Assembly (NCBI GenBank): GCA_026770705.1
Contig: JANJGN010000034.1
Span: 6,200,001 to 6,264,000 of the forward strand
Length of the DNA stretch: 64,000 nt
Source: Isurus oxyrinchus
Lineage: Eukaryota
Direction: 5' to 3'
The notes under the pieces were generated by a model. The model saw only the letters and a program-made list of their open reading frames with translations. It searched no databases and was not told where the DNA came from. The first letter of the stretch is position 1. The number at the start of each line of letters is the position of its first letter. Both the position numbers and the translations under genes were made by a program. Below, in pieces: positions 1 to 12,825 of this stretch.

Positions 1-299
1 GAAATCCAAGCAATCGCAATAAACCCTGATGACATGCTGGCCGAAACGAAGTCATATGCTCCAGGACTATCCATGCTTGCAGTCCAGCTGTTCCGGTACT
101 GTGGGTGTACCAGCATCAAACAGAATGCAGCATTTCAAGATAGCAGCTTGCCGCCACATTCTCAAAGACAATTATGGATCAGAAAAAAATGTTTCACTTG
201 TCAGTAACGGACGCATCTGAAAACATTATAGAACGTTGGAATGAAATGCGATGCGATCTTTCCAAGTCTGAACAGAATAAAAAAAATGACTGATTTGTA

Positions 300-690
300 G
301 CAGGCGATGATGTACTGGTGATGTAAATGGACAAGTAGTCTGTAGACCGAGATTGATGCTCTGGGGACTTGATGTCAAAAGCTAAAATGGCAGCTTGTAG
401 AATTTAAACCAATCAATAGAATCTGAGGCAGGAAGTAAACTATAGCATGGATGGATATAGTAATTATAATCATGAAAATGTTATTCACTGTCGTGCAAAA
501 AGAAAGATTGGGATCACTAATGTCCTTTACGGACATTTTCCATCATTACCCGGATTGACTGAAAGCCGAAAATAATTTGTTTGACTATTAAATGGCTTTT
601 GAATTGCCTTAGCAAGCCACTCAGCTCAAAGGCAATTAGGAATGTGCAACGAATAACAGCCCTCACAACGACACACACATAAAGGAAAAA
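300..690 (+). mobile_element. tRNA-derived SINE (SINE-A), degenerate full-length copy
   Basis: Body motif tcactaatgtccttta...cttagcaagccactcag and tail aaggcaattaggaatg, shared with copies near 18490, 20560 and 23630. Confidence 0.65.
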
Positions 691-1634
691 CTGTAAAGGA
701 ACAATGGCCAATCCTGGTGCGTGAAATTTTCCTGTCATAGGCTGGGCAGATGCGAGAAAGACCAAAAGATAAAGTGGTCTATGAACTGTTTCTTGCATGA
801 GGAGCTATATGAAGAAAAATAGAATTAAAACAAGAGATTGAATGATACATGCCATGTGAGTTTTTCAAGCGAGAGCAAGGAGAGAGACAACACATAGGGA
901 GTAGCAATGAACTGGCCAATGAAACTGCAACCAGAGAAAAAGAGGAACGAATAGCAATCAGCGTACAATTGAGCTCATGCGTCTTCACAGACATGCAGAC
1001 GTTAGCCATTTGTAAGGAGGCAGACCTATGAGTGACAAGTGGAGGCAGAGAGCAAGGCAATAGTGCTTAATGGATACTACCTATCGGTGTTTACGATGTG
1101 ACACTCTGCTTTACAATACCACCAACTAGCACAGCAAAAGCGCTTAATCAAGAAAGGTTGAAAAGGTATTTCAGTAACTAGGACGACACCATTTATTATC
1201 ACAGGAAGGGAACGTTTTGAAAAGAATAATCACAGGAAAAAAGAACACAGCCGACATGTGGAAAATATTCAGTTAATGAAAGAGAGCCAGTAGATGTTTG
1301 CACTTTGCCAAAGAGGTGCATTTTCTTTTTCCGCATTGATAGAGATGGTGGGTGATGTGAATGGTTATTTGAGGACAGCCTACATATTATTTCCAGTGAT
1401 GCCAAACGTTGGCCTGTGGCAGACATTAAGGATGAATATCAATCAACTGCACGGGAAAGTAGCCTTCCCAGCAGAATGAACAGAAAATTGTTGCTTGTGC
1501 ATTTTTCGGTGAAACACAACAATAGGTCATGCTGAAAGTGGCTAAAAGATTTTTAAAATGCGTTCTTCCGATTCATAAATCAAAATATCGCGGACAAAGG
1601 GAGGTGTAATATGCTAAAGCTTTATAAAGGGTTT

Positions 1635-2100
1635 TTAACTGCCTGGATTAGTGCAGCTCCAATGACACTCAGGAAGCCTGACACTATCCAGCACCCAACC
1701 GATAACATTCAACACCACCACCACCGACACAGGGTAGAAGCATTGTGTAATATCAACATGACGCACAGTAGGAAATTGCCTAGGCTCCAAGATAGCAGCT
1801 TCCAACCGCACGACCGGTACCATCCAGTGGGAAAAGGTAACAAATACATTACAGCACCACAACCTGGAATTTCCCCATCCAGGGCATTCAACATCATGTC
1901 TTAAAAATCCATTAGCGTTTGTTCACTGTTGTTGCCTCAAAATCGTGGAACACCATCCCGAAAAGCATTGTGTGCATACCTACTCCGCATGAACTCCACC
2001 GGTTCAAGAAGACAGATAACCACCAGTTTCTCAATGGCATTTGGGGATGGGCAATAAATGCTGGCCTAGCCACCCACGTTCCAAGAATGAATGAAAGAGA
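1635..2100 (+). mobile_element. 3' end of a non-LTR LINE (LINE-B, partner of SINE-A; clade undetermined)
   Basis: ORF remnants AWISAAPMTLRKPDTIQ and FTVVASKSWNTIPKSIVCIPTPHELHRFKK; tail gggatgggcaataaatgctggcctagcc. Confidence 0.75.
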
Positions 2101-2858
2101 GACTAATATGTCACATCTAGCACGCGTCACCGCACCTTCAGAAGGTTGTGGGGATTCTTCAGGGGCTGCATTAAATTGCCAAAATAGCTACAGTGATAAA
2201 GTACTTCAGTTCAATTTCTCTGAAGAAATTGCATAATTCTCGAAGGAGGGAAAGGAGCTGAGAGAAGATTTTACAACTATGTACACGGTTATGACAGGTT
2301 TCAATAATGCAGATCAAAAAATAAAACTACTTATTCGGGTGTGGGGATACAATGTAAGATTTTGGGCAAGAGATATAGGGAGGATCTGATGAAGAATATT
2401 TTCCTTTTAACTCAGCTATTGTTACTGGCCTGCAACGTGTTGTTATGATGGAGGTATAGCGGAGAGAATGGGTTCTTTGAATGAAAATCTGACTGACTAT
2501 TGAGAGAAATAGACTCGCAGGGTTATGAGTGTCGGATGGTGGAAAGGCGCTGAGTGAATTGCTCTGAATTTAGATGGCATAGAGTCCATGTGACGCATGG
2601 TTTCCTTCTGTAACAAAATTACTCTGTGGCTCAAAGACGTCTCCAGTGTGTTTGGAATCTCTAGACCTTATCCAATTCCTTGGCAGCATCCACCACACAC
2701 ACAGTACTGTATTGACACCTCCAATGTTTCTTATATGTATTAAAATCTGATGGGGAAAAGAGGTGCAAAGACAGACTCACTTTCTGTTTAACTTAGAAAT
2801 AAATTTAAAGATATATCTTCCTACATTTCTAAAACAATCAAAATGCCGTTTTTCTTAG

Positions 2859-2885
2859 AATTTGAACAATTGGAGCAGAAGTACA
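2859..2885 (+). CDS. Micro-exon A (27 nt) of coiled-coil gene: (E)FEQLEQKY
   Basis: gtttttcttag|AATTTGAACAATTGGAGCAGAAGTACA|gtaagt; phase 1-1, open frame. The first residue depends on an upstream exon not seen. Confidence 0.85.
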
Positions 2886-3779
2886 GTAAGTACCAGCTGA
2901 CAAGCAAATGTAGCAGCAAAATTTGCATGGCTTGTTTATAAATTACTTGATCCTGTATTCCCGTGTTAATATCTAGCTAAATGCATTATGCATAGGGAAA
3001 ATTGTAGATTTACATACTTCTTGGGATTACAACCAGCAGGAGATTTCACTAACTTTAGGCCAGAAACGTCAATAGAGGTCACTCCTCCTTTATGCATGTT
3101 TTAACCTAAAGTTGAAGTCTGGTCAAACAACGGTGGTAATTTATTGCCCACATTAAATTTTGCGCTATGCATTGCTAGACTAAATCATACTAAGAATATT
3201 GCGTTCTGTTCTGGCCTCTGAACAGCGTTTTTTAAAATCAGGCTTAGAATATGTGAGTATCTGTATAGCTTGGATAGACCACCCTTCGCCTTTGTGATTC
3301 AATCGAGCCTCACTGTACTGTGGTTAGATCGCACGCGCATTAATCTATACAATCTTGTCTCGGCATTACAATCAAAGTAGCGACACTGTCGATGATGGGA
3401 ACAGGATTTAACATGAAGTGGAGAGGTACTATCAGAACAACTAGTATTATAAAGAGGATTTGTCCATAGAAAATTGAAGGCCCCATTTGGGATAGGTGCT
3501 AAACGTTACGAATTAGTCGCTGATGGAGTCCAAAACAAAGGTCATTAATAAAGTATATTCACTAATGTATCGGTAGGGAATACAGAAGGAACATCTTCAT
3601 TCAGAAACTGTCGATTATATTGAAGTCACTTCCTCATGTGGCTGGGGCAAATAGCATGGAACCTGTAAGGCTAATCTAGATAGTAAACAAGGATGAGATG
3701 AATACAAAATCATATTGAAATGTATCGATATGGTATTGTAAGAATACGACTTTGTGGAGCTTAAGATCAGCATCGCGCA

Positions 3780-4002
3780 TAACATAAATAGCAGCTATTG
3801 GGGAATCGCAGCAGGACTGGCAGCATCAATGGAAAGATAAACTGAGCTAATGTTTCGAGTCTGTTCGACTCTTCTTCGGAGGCACATGGACCCAAAACGT
3901 GAAGTTCCTTACGCTCTCCACAGATCCTGCCCGAACTGTTGAGCTGTTCCATCATTTTTTATTTATTTCAGACACCCAGCATTCGCAGTGGATTGCTTTT
4001 AT
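3780..4002. mobile_element. Old palindromic Penelope-like terminus element
   Basis: Arm cagcaggactggcagcatc...gtttcgagtc followed by a degenerate reverse-complement arm; flanks atcagcatcgcgca / atcatcatcgagaa match 11/14. Confidence 0.55.
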
Positions 4003-4347
4003 ATCATCATCGAGAAAGTGCGACGAATGCCCATTTTCTGAACTGAAACTCCTATGCAAATCCAAGACACCAGCCTCGCTAATAATCAGTTATAACCCAC
4101 AATGTAACATTGGAAGACAAGCAATTGATAATCGTGGCAGCTAATGATGGCTGGTTACCCTCTGGAAAGACGTTTTTCTAGAGGCTTGCCTGAAAATGAG
4201 AATTAACGTGAAAATCTACCTGAGTGCAATTTGACTTCGCCTCGTTTGGGCTGGGACAACAAATCTGTAATATCACACATCTCAGCATGTCTAATAATAA
4301 CATCAGACCAGCGGTGTCCAGTTAATTTTTTCTTCTCTTTCTTGCAG

Positions 4348-4374
4348 AAAAAGATACCGAGAAAAAGGCTGCAG
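4348..4374 (+). CDS. Micro-exon B (27 nt): KKDTEKKAA
   Basis: Long pyrimidine tract ttcttctctttcttgcag|AAAAAGATACCGAGAAAAAGGCTGCAG|gtctgt. Confidence 0.8.
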
Positions 4375-4818
4375 GTCTGTTGCATAATAAGACTAGAATT
4401 TTTTTTCAGAAATGCAACCTGGATTTTGAATGTATGAAGATCAATTATTTTCAAAATAACTAACCAAAATAATTATGTGCCAACTTTGGGACTCTGGCTG
4501 TTACACTCACATTTGTCTGATGAGACTGTGTTTAACTACCCCCGATGCCAATGCCAATGATAAAAAAATTCTATGCCGGTTCTGTCATTTTCCAAGACTG
4601 AATGGATTTTGCACTATCTGATGAGGCAGTATTGGAATCCGGTGAGATTTCCAGTCATAGTTCGGCATAAAATATCGCACGCAATCAATATGGGAGCAAA
4701 TTTGCTAGTTACCAACAGTCTAATTTGCATGCATGATCTAATATCACTAAAGATCCTTTTGGAAATGAAATACAGGATATAAATGAAGGCTACTTTAGGT
4801 GTCAGTTCTGCAGCACTC

Positions 4819-4846
4819 CTGAAGAGGAGTCATACGGACTCCGAAA
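4819..4846 (+). ncRNA. Hammerhead-like core in an old Penelope terminus (element about 4800-4955)
   Basis: CTGAAGA-GGAGTC-atacg-GACTCC-GAAA with a perfect 6-bp stem II; helix III and cleavage triplet are degenerate. Confidence 0.55.
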
Positions 4847-5076
4847 ATGATACCTTTATACATCCAGTGATCCTGCCAAACCTGTTGAAAACTTCCAGCT
4901 TTTTTTTATCTGTTTTTTATCTCTTATTTCAAGCATTTGCAGTATTCTGCTTTCATCACATGAAAAAAGACGTCTGAGAGGACTGCTTGCAACAAAAGGA
5001 TGTGTGACATAATAAGAGCTGGCGAGAAATCTTACTTTATGATCAAGTATAATATTCTTATTCCATTGATTTTCAG

Positions 5077-5112
5077 AAATAGAAGAACTCAACAACAAAC
5101 TACTAGAATTAG
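5077..5112 (+). CDS. Micro-exon C (36 nt): EIEELNNKLLEL
   Basis: ttgattttcag|AAATAGAAGAACTCAACAACAAACTACTAGAATTAG|gtgaga. Confidence 0.88.
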
Positions 5113-5249
5113 GTGAGAACATTAGAATTAAGAGCAGAACATTATTGTAACAAATTTCAAACTATCACAGAAATCTGTATTACACGAGGAAGGGGTGCTC
5201 ATCGATTGGCAAATCAACTATTATTTGTCGAACATTGACATGGTGAATG

Positions 5250-5760
5250 AAAGGGAAACTATGGATTCCCAAGCTCCTGGGTAATCACAAAAATGTCCAA
5301 GGTTTGCACATATACCCTTTATTTGAATAGAATAGAACCTTGGGTATGGATACATGATTCTTTCTAGCAAATTTAAAACAGTCACATTATAAGGATGATT
5401 GGTTACGTTAAGTCAGTAGTGAATGTAGCCAATGGCGCGCTCTGAGTTCTTCAACAAGTGCTGTACAATAGCTAAGTCATATGTTAAGAAGACATTGTGC
5501 TTTGTGTTTGTACGCAGGGTCTGGGTATGTCCGGTCTTTGCATATTACAGACAAATGAAGGAACATGTTGCTTGACCGGATAGTCCTTGTGGAAAAAATG
5601 GGCTGCCTACTTTACATCACACCAGCACTTGAATTCATACATGACAGTGCTCAGGTGTGCGGTCGGAAAAAATTATATGTTTGTGCTTACGGCAACATCC
5701 TTTTTGAGGAAAATGCCAATTGCATAGCCATTGCATAGTGCCAACATTAAATGGGTCACT
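5250..5760 (-). mobile_element. Penelope-like element, inverted GIY-YIG segment
   Basis: Minus strand reads VMYEFKCWCDVK and KQHVPSFVCN, homologous to 14409-14654. Confidence 0.6.
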
Positions 5761-5829
5761 TAATCTGTTGTTCAATTTTTACTGACACCATGCATTCCGA
5801 TATTAATTGTGAAGCCTCTTGATTCTGCA

Positions 5830-7060
5830 TTCGGTAACATTGCCAGTGATTTCCATGAAACATGTGGTATTGTTTAATGTAATGAATTCTACAGTCCCAC
5901 TTCATCCATGCTTCCAATACGTTAACACGGCATTCACGACCTTTGATTCTGGAGTTGCATATAAGGATTTCCTTACAGAACTGAACATGCTTCACCTCGC
6001 ACTCCAATTTACTTTTGAGATAGATTGGTCTAATATTTCCCACTTCCTCGGTGCACTAGTTGAGAAACCTGCTAAGGGGATCTCCAATATTAACTAAAGG
6101 AAACCTACATTAACTGATCAAAATACCAACTGGAATTCTTATAATTTTAAACATTATACGATTTTCCCACTCCATAATCTTGTCAATGGGGCCTGAGCTA
6201 TTTGCTCACCTTTCACATTTTACACTGAAATTGAGTACATCAAATCTAGCCTGCAGGGCAATGGTTACCCTTGTCAGATCATTTTTCGATGTGAATCATA
6301 GGAAATGGTCCAAAGGCCAACACCTTCTAACCTCAAAATAAACTTGTTTACCTCAAATTACATTGGAAATGCAAAGTATCTCAAAACACCTGAAGAGTTT
6401 AACCATGCCATTTTGAGACTGCTACAATGCAGTTTCTTTCTGGTTTCAGTGACATTTTTCACTAAGAGAGTGCGTACTACATTAGCCTATCAAGACGTTC
6501 ACACAGATTGCACAATTTCATGTATGGATTCCAGAGGCCAGTTGCAAAGGCTGTACGTGTCCAGGTTTGGATGATCGAATTAAATAGCATGTTCCATCAG
6601 TTTTACAGAATAGACTTACTACAGACAAAGCCAACTTGCAATCCACTACTTACCATACCCCCACCCAAAAAAACTGTCCACTGTTATATGTGATTTGTTT
6701 CCATTGCGATAACACTCACTGTACAATCCTGAGTGCACACATAGCAAAACAAATAAGTCATTTAAGGTGATCAGTCAAATAAAGAATGGTGGTTCGTTTA
6801 TATGTGATGTAGTCGTTGTATATTCACAAGCAGGGACCCTTCTCTGCGACCAAAAGATAGTACAAAACCTATGCCATCATTGAATTACTGGGATTGTCCT
6901 AAGCCTATGGCCTGCCCCTGCTTTCTCATGTCAGCACCTCAGCCAATCAGAGTAGACTTGTCAGCCAATCTGAAACCTTTCCCTGCAGTGAAAATTGTCA
7001 AGAGCTTTTGAAAATTCGCATTCTTGTGGAACACAAAGAGATGTGACCACCTCCCTCTTG
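5830..7060 (+). mobile_element. Penelope-like retroelement remnant (RT C-terminus, thumb, endonuclease, 3' end)
   Basis: FQYVNTAF...LNMLHLALQFTFEI...FLGALVEK (degenerate RYVDD...LN..H...FT.E...FLD), then RKPT and LQGNGYP. Confidence 0.75.
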
Positions 7061-8204
7061 CTTCAACAATACTTTATTATGCTGAAGTACATTTTAATAC
7101 ACAGATTAAATTAAGTAGCATAGATTATGAGAACAGAGTATCAGGAAATGGGATCCGCTCTGCATAACATACCCATCATTTAGGGATGGTGATCAACGTG
7201 CAAGAGCGATAATTCAAAGAGCATTCAGTTATAGGTGTTGTCCTGTGTGCGTTAACTGGTGTGTTGAAGAGATATCTTTCGGGGATGGAGGATGTTAACA
7301 TTCTTTGAAAGGATGGAGGCTAGGCCAGCACTTTTATTCTTCGTTCCTAATATCACTTGAGACAGTGATGGTCAGCCGCCATCTTAAACAACTGCTGTCA
7401 AAATGGGTTTGACCAATTATGAAGCAGGTCCAGTATGGATAACACTGCTTAGGTATGCGCTCTGGTTGACAGGCAGTTTTACTGGTGAAGTCTGCTATTG
7501 TTGAAAACTAAAGCATATGGGAACGACTTTGTGTTAGATCAGGTAAGGGTGAATTGGGAGTGAGAGCCTTTATCTTATCCGTTTGCAGCCTGGATGCACT
7601 TGTGCTAGGTGTGTTCATTTTTGCATATGTTGTGTAATTTGCGTCGGCTTTTGTGGGAGAGGACAGATATGTGTTAGGGCTGCTAAAGTGGGAGGATTAT
7701 GTATGAAATTATCTATGTCTGTGGGCAAGAATGGCTGCATTTGAGGGGGCGAACATATGAGAGGAAACTGATGCCTGCATTTAGGATGGTTCATATCAGA
7801 TAATGGTCAGATATCTACGCGAGAGGTAAGGTACAGGTAAGGAAACACGGCCATGAGGCCAGTGAGCGATTCAATGAGGCCAGAAGCAGGTTGTGGATTA
7901 GTTCAGGGATAGTGGGGCTACACATCAGTGAAATATATGAGATGGGGCCACACTTTTAGCGCAAATGGGTATGTTTTGATATTTTTGATACTAGGATTGG
8001 TTGAGTTTTGGTTAAAGGGAATGGCAAGTTTTTGTGAATTATAATATGGGAGCGATTGAACACTGTCAAATTGGGCTTCAGACATGATGAATGTAAATGA
8101 ATTCGGTATGTGTGGGATCAGCCAAAGATGACATTATCAATGGTTGATGTTGTTTAGCGTGACTTTGACTATTGGTTGAGAATGGACTCAAGAAAGATAT
8201 ATAA

Positions 8205-8710
8205 AAGGAGAGGCAGTGTCACCATGGTCATATTACTGGGCTTTGATTAAAAAGGGATGCTCAGGGTAATGCTATGGAAACATGGACTGACGTGATACAA
8301 GAGCAGCTTTAAATGCAATTGATAATTCCGAAAATAAATTATTTTCATTGATAGTGACCCAAGGCATCATTGCTGATTGTTGTAAAATAAAAATCTCGTT
8401 CAATAATGCCCATTAGGGAATGAAACCTGCCCATCATTATCTGTTCTGAAATAACTGTGACTCCAGACACAGAACGATCTGATTGATCCTTCAGTGCCCT
8501 CTAAAATGGCACAGCAACCCACTCAGCTGTTTCAAATTGCTGCAAAGCCAAAAGTCAATGAAACCGGTAGGTCCAGTGGCCACAAGCTGATCAGCGGAGA
8601 TGCAGTTAGAATCCAAGCCATGTCAACTCTGGAAGGTCCCCGATATTAACACCTGTGGGCTTGCATCAATTTTGGAAGAGTTGTCCTACAGGCTTGTTAG
8701 GCAATATTAG
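8205..8710 (+). mobile_element. SINE-A-type head and body continuous with the LINE-B ORF start
   Basis: SINE body up to gcaacccactcag, no SINE tail, then INTCGLASILEELSYRLVRQ (start of an AP endonuclease), homologous to 9240-9300. Confidence 0.6.
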
Positions 8711-9179
8711 GATATTTCTATGCACTCTGAATCGCACCTTACACAGGTTTCCACTTCCTTTATTTTTTGGTAATTTCCAATCATTCTTCTGCGCTCCGAC
8801 CTCTGGACTGTGGACCAAAAGTTCCCCACAGTGCATTCTCCTCATGTGTAAGATTTTGCTTCACAACTACATTTCAGAAAATGCATGCAAAAAGCTGTGG
8901 AAGCATGTCTTCATCTCACTCAGTGTCAAATCTTCTTTATGGCAAAGGCTTCTTTCAATGTCAGTATTTGTTTTCTGAATAATCACTATTTTCAGCATCA
9001 GAATACAACTGTCAACAATTGGATTTGGGCAGGCAAATTTTCGGATCCAGATCACTTACCTTCTCTTCCAGTCACATGGTGAGTGCGATGAGACACGATG
9101 TCAACTCAAGAAAAAAAGCCCTTCATTCACAGAAAATCATTCAGTCACTCCACACAACTTATGTCGACATCCCAGCATC

Positions 9180-10995
9180 GATTTGACACAGGAACCGATA
9201 CCGGCACAGAAAGACCATTCGATCCTGTAAAGTCATCCTTAACAAAGTTAGAGATTTGGGCAAAAATCGGGACAGCTGCCCCAGAAGCTAGTCAATAAAT
9301 AGCCTGATGTTGTCATATTCAACGAATCATACATTAGAGACAGTATTCCATTCACCATCATACCATCGCAAAGTGTTTCATAGCCCATCGACGGGACACA
9401 CTCGCCAATGGTGGAGGAACAGTGATATACAGTCAGGAGGGAGATGCCGTGGGAGTTGTGGACATTCACTCCCGACTCCAAAACGACTTATTGGCATCAG
9501 GCCAAACATTGGCATGAAAACTTGCTGCTGAGTACGACCTACCAATCCCCAACCTCCTCTAATTGATCCGTAGTCCTCCCTAATGAACACCAGTTGGATG
9601 AAACACTTAAGGTGACAACGTTTCAGGCAGCACACTAGGTGGCGAACTTCAATGCCTAGCACTAAGAGTGGAAAGATAGAATATTATGAGCAAACTGGGT
9701 GAATCCTACATGGCATAGCTGCTAGACTGTGACTGTGGCAGTTAATGAGGGAATCAACAAGAAAGGAATGCACATTTGCCATTTTACTTACCAACGACCC
9801 ACATCCGAGGCGTTTCTATTTACCAGAAAGTGAACTGGGCCAGCTAAATTAAGCCCATGACGTGAATGGGCTGACAGAGAAAGTGGATTCTCGGGCGAGT
9901 AACTCACCTGACTCCTCAAAGTGTTTCCCCCATCTATTTGGCAAAAGTCATGAACGTGATGGTATAATGTCCACTTGACTGGATGAGTGCAGCAAACAAA
10001 AACAACAAAGAAGCTCGAGACCACACAAGGCAAAGTAACCCACTGGATTGGCTAAACATCAAGAACTTAAACATACACTTCCGCCCCAGGCAAGCAGTAA
10101 GTATGCTCTAGGTAATGCACTGCAGCAACTCACCAAGGCTCATTCACAGCATCCTCCAAATCGTGACATATGCGCCAAGGGGGCAAGTCTATTAGGTACA
10201 TTAGAGCACCACCGGCTGCAAACTTCCCTTCAAATCGCCTATCAGTTTGACTTGGAACTGTATTGTCTTCCCTTCACTGTTTCCATGATAAAATCCAGGA
10301 ACACCATTCCTAACAGCACTGTGAGCATGAGCACAAGAACAAAAGAACAGAATAAATGGGAACAGCTGTAGGTCATTTGGCCCCTTGTGCTACCTCCACC
10401 AATCAATGAAATCATGGCTGACGTTCTTACCTTTTGACTTCCACATTCCCATCTAACCCTGATGACGTTTGATTCACTTGCCTAACAAGAATCACTTTAC
10501 CAATGTGTTAATAAAAAATCAATTGCCCCCATTCCACCACCTTCTGAAGCCGAGGCTTCCAAATTTGCACATCTCTCTGAGAGAAAAGAAAATCCTCATC
10601 TCTGTCCTAAAAAGTGGAACCCTAATTTTAACACAGTGCCGTCTAGTTCTTGACTCAGCCACAAGAGGAAACATACTTTGCACATCCACTTTATCAAGGC
10701 CGTTCAGGAACGTGTATACTTCAATTAAATCGCTCCTCACTCTTCAGAACTCCAGTGGAATCAAGCCCATCCTGTCCAAAATTCCCTCATAGGACAACCC
10801 ATTCATTCCAGGTATCTATCTATTAAACGTCATTTGAACGACATTCAATGCGTTTACATCCTTCCATAAATAAGGGGAACAAAAGTGAAAACATAGGCAG
10901 GTTCAATTAGACGACTGACCAAAAACTTCTGAAGGGCAATTAGAGATAGCCAATAAATGCCGTCAGGGAGGCTGAAATCCTCTGAAATAATAATA
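9180..10995 (+). mobile_element. LINE-B copy lacking RT core, interrupted by a CR1 insertion
   Basis: Endonuclease motifs PDVVIFNESY, GGGTVIYS, TYQSP and ANFN; jump near 9815 to QKVNWAS...WMSAA; tail resumes at 10896. Confidence 0.75.
10335..10895 (-). mobile_element. CR1/HER1-like LINE 3' fragment
   Basis: MRSDLIEVYTFLNGLDKVDVQSMFPLVAESRTRRH...FRTEMR. Confidence 0.85.
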
Positions 10996-11829
10996 CAATT
11001 GCCTGGTGATGTTGTTGTGTTCTAGCATAGGTGAGGTCCAGTATTATTGAAGTTGGGTATTGTGCAATTTAGCATGGTGGGTGGTGGTTGGATGGGTGGG
11101 GGCGCAGTTATTTCTGGGTGTTCTCCATTACAGTGAGAGATTTGAGGAAAAAAAAATGATCTTGATGGCACAGCAATTTCCACCATTCTCTAATAGGACA
11201 CTCTTTCCCTCAATTCTGTAAATGCAAATATGTCTTCGTCTATTCCCTCCAGTGTCTCCAATAACGCAATTGTTATTGAGACCGCAAATCTGTTACTCTT
11301 TTGAAACGATGTTCCTAGGCATGGAACCAACATGTGTGCAGATCTGGCTGAATCGAAATGCTCTATTCTGTCAGCAGAGTGTTCTATTCTGCAGCATTAC
11401 AATTGTCATAAAACATATGTTATACAGAATTGAGCATATGGTCCGTCTGGCCAGCACTGACATTGGATATGTTCATGGCTGATGTCCTGCTACAATCCGA
11501 CTTTTCTTACCTCTGCCCTGATCTCTGAAATGATCTCTCAACAACTTCAATCTATCCTACTCGTAAATATGGGATGGGGCTTCCACAACCATTTCGGGCA
11601 GAAGAATTGACATTTTCGCAACAAGTTGAGATAATATATTTCTCTCCTCTCAGTGCTAAATGATCCGCATCTTGTCATCTCGTAATCATCATTTAACTAG
11701 ACCATATGATATCAAGTGCACTTTATAAATAGGTTTAGGGAAAAAGACAGTTCTATTACATGTGAACAATTTTTTGGAGGCAGAGAACCTGGTTAAAAAA
11801 ATATGCAAGGTTTAAAATGATACATTGAA

Positions 11830-12270
11830 TACAAAAGTAAAGAAGTAATAACGTACATTTTAAAAAACTGCTTGGAAAAGGGCTGTTGTGTTCAATTCGA
11901 TTTGCATGCTTTAGGAAGGATCTGCAGATTGGAGAGGATGGAACAACCATTTACCAGTGTGCTCCCGGGAATAAGAGGTGGGCATACACTTGAGAAATTG
12001 CGGACTTTGTTCTTGGAAAAGACAAAACAGAGAGGAAGTTTTGCAACGGTGTCCAAAGTTGTGAGGCGCCTAGGCAAAGTTGAGTGACAACATTATTTCC
12101 ATTTACACAAGCAGCAAAATCAGAGGATACGGATTTGGGGTGATAACTGAAAAAAGCAAAAGGCACTCACGTGATTTTTTTTTAGGCAACGAGAGGTGGG
12201 TCTGAAATATTTCTGCATGCTTGTCGGAGGGATTGAATCGAACTTTCAAATGCAGCATAGATAAATACAT
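11830..12270 (+). mobile_element. Old CR1-like 3' fragment
   Basis: LERMEQPFTSVLPGIRG..EKLRTLFLEK..RG resembles the CR1 ORF2 C-terminus. Confidence 0.55.
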
Positions 12271-12404
12271 CACTGAAAGATAAAATGAAATTTAATTACC
12301 AGTGCTGTGTACCTTCATCAAATTGGAGGATAGATTTGGGCTTTTCTGAGTACGCTCTGTAACACACGCTAAATGCCTGTTTCATCTGTCTGATCTCATT
12401 ACAG

Positions 12405-12419
12405 AAAAACTGAAGAAAG
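12405..12419 (+). CDS. Micro-exon D (15 nt): EKLKK
   Basis: ctgatctcattacag|AAAAACTGAAGAAAG|gtaagt; size-matched counterpart at 36248. Confidence 0.8.
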
Positions 12420-12825
12420 GTAAGTGAGTTCATGCTATTGAGACTGAACTTGTAAATGTAAAGTAAAACATGTGATGTGGAAGAACATGTTCAAACCTTT
12501 AACTGCCCTACTTGATATCCGCTTTAAATGACTAACTCTTCTGTTCAGATCCGCACCTCGGCGGCTTTAGAACTTCTTCCAGCTCGCAAAGCTTGAAAAC
12601 TCTGTCATCTTGGACAATCCCTCTTATTTAGTCTCATTATTGACGTCCGTATGTTTTATTATTTATCTTTCATGTGATGTGGGTGGCGCAGACAGGGATA
12701 ACATTTTTTGCTTATCCCAGGAGTCAACATTTCTGACGGTGGTTTACAATCAATAACATTACTGTGGAGCTACAGTCAAGTGTAGGTATGATTAGGAAAG
12801 GTTGGCAAGTTAACTTCTCTAAAGG

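Noticed and set aside
8720-9055. Possible second Gypsy gag fragment on the minus strand (IERSLCHKEDLTL)
   Set aside because: Only one weak motif.
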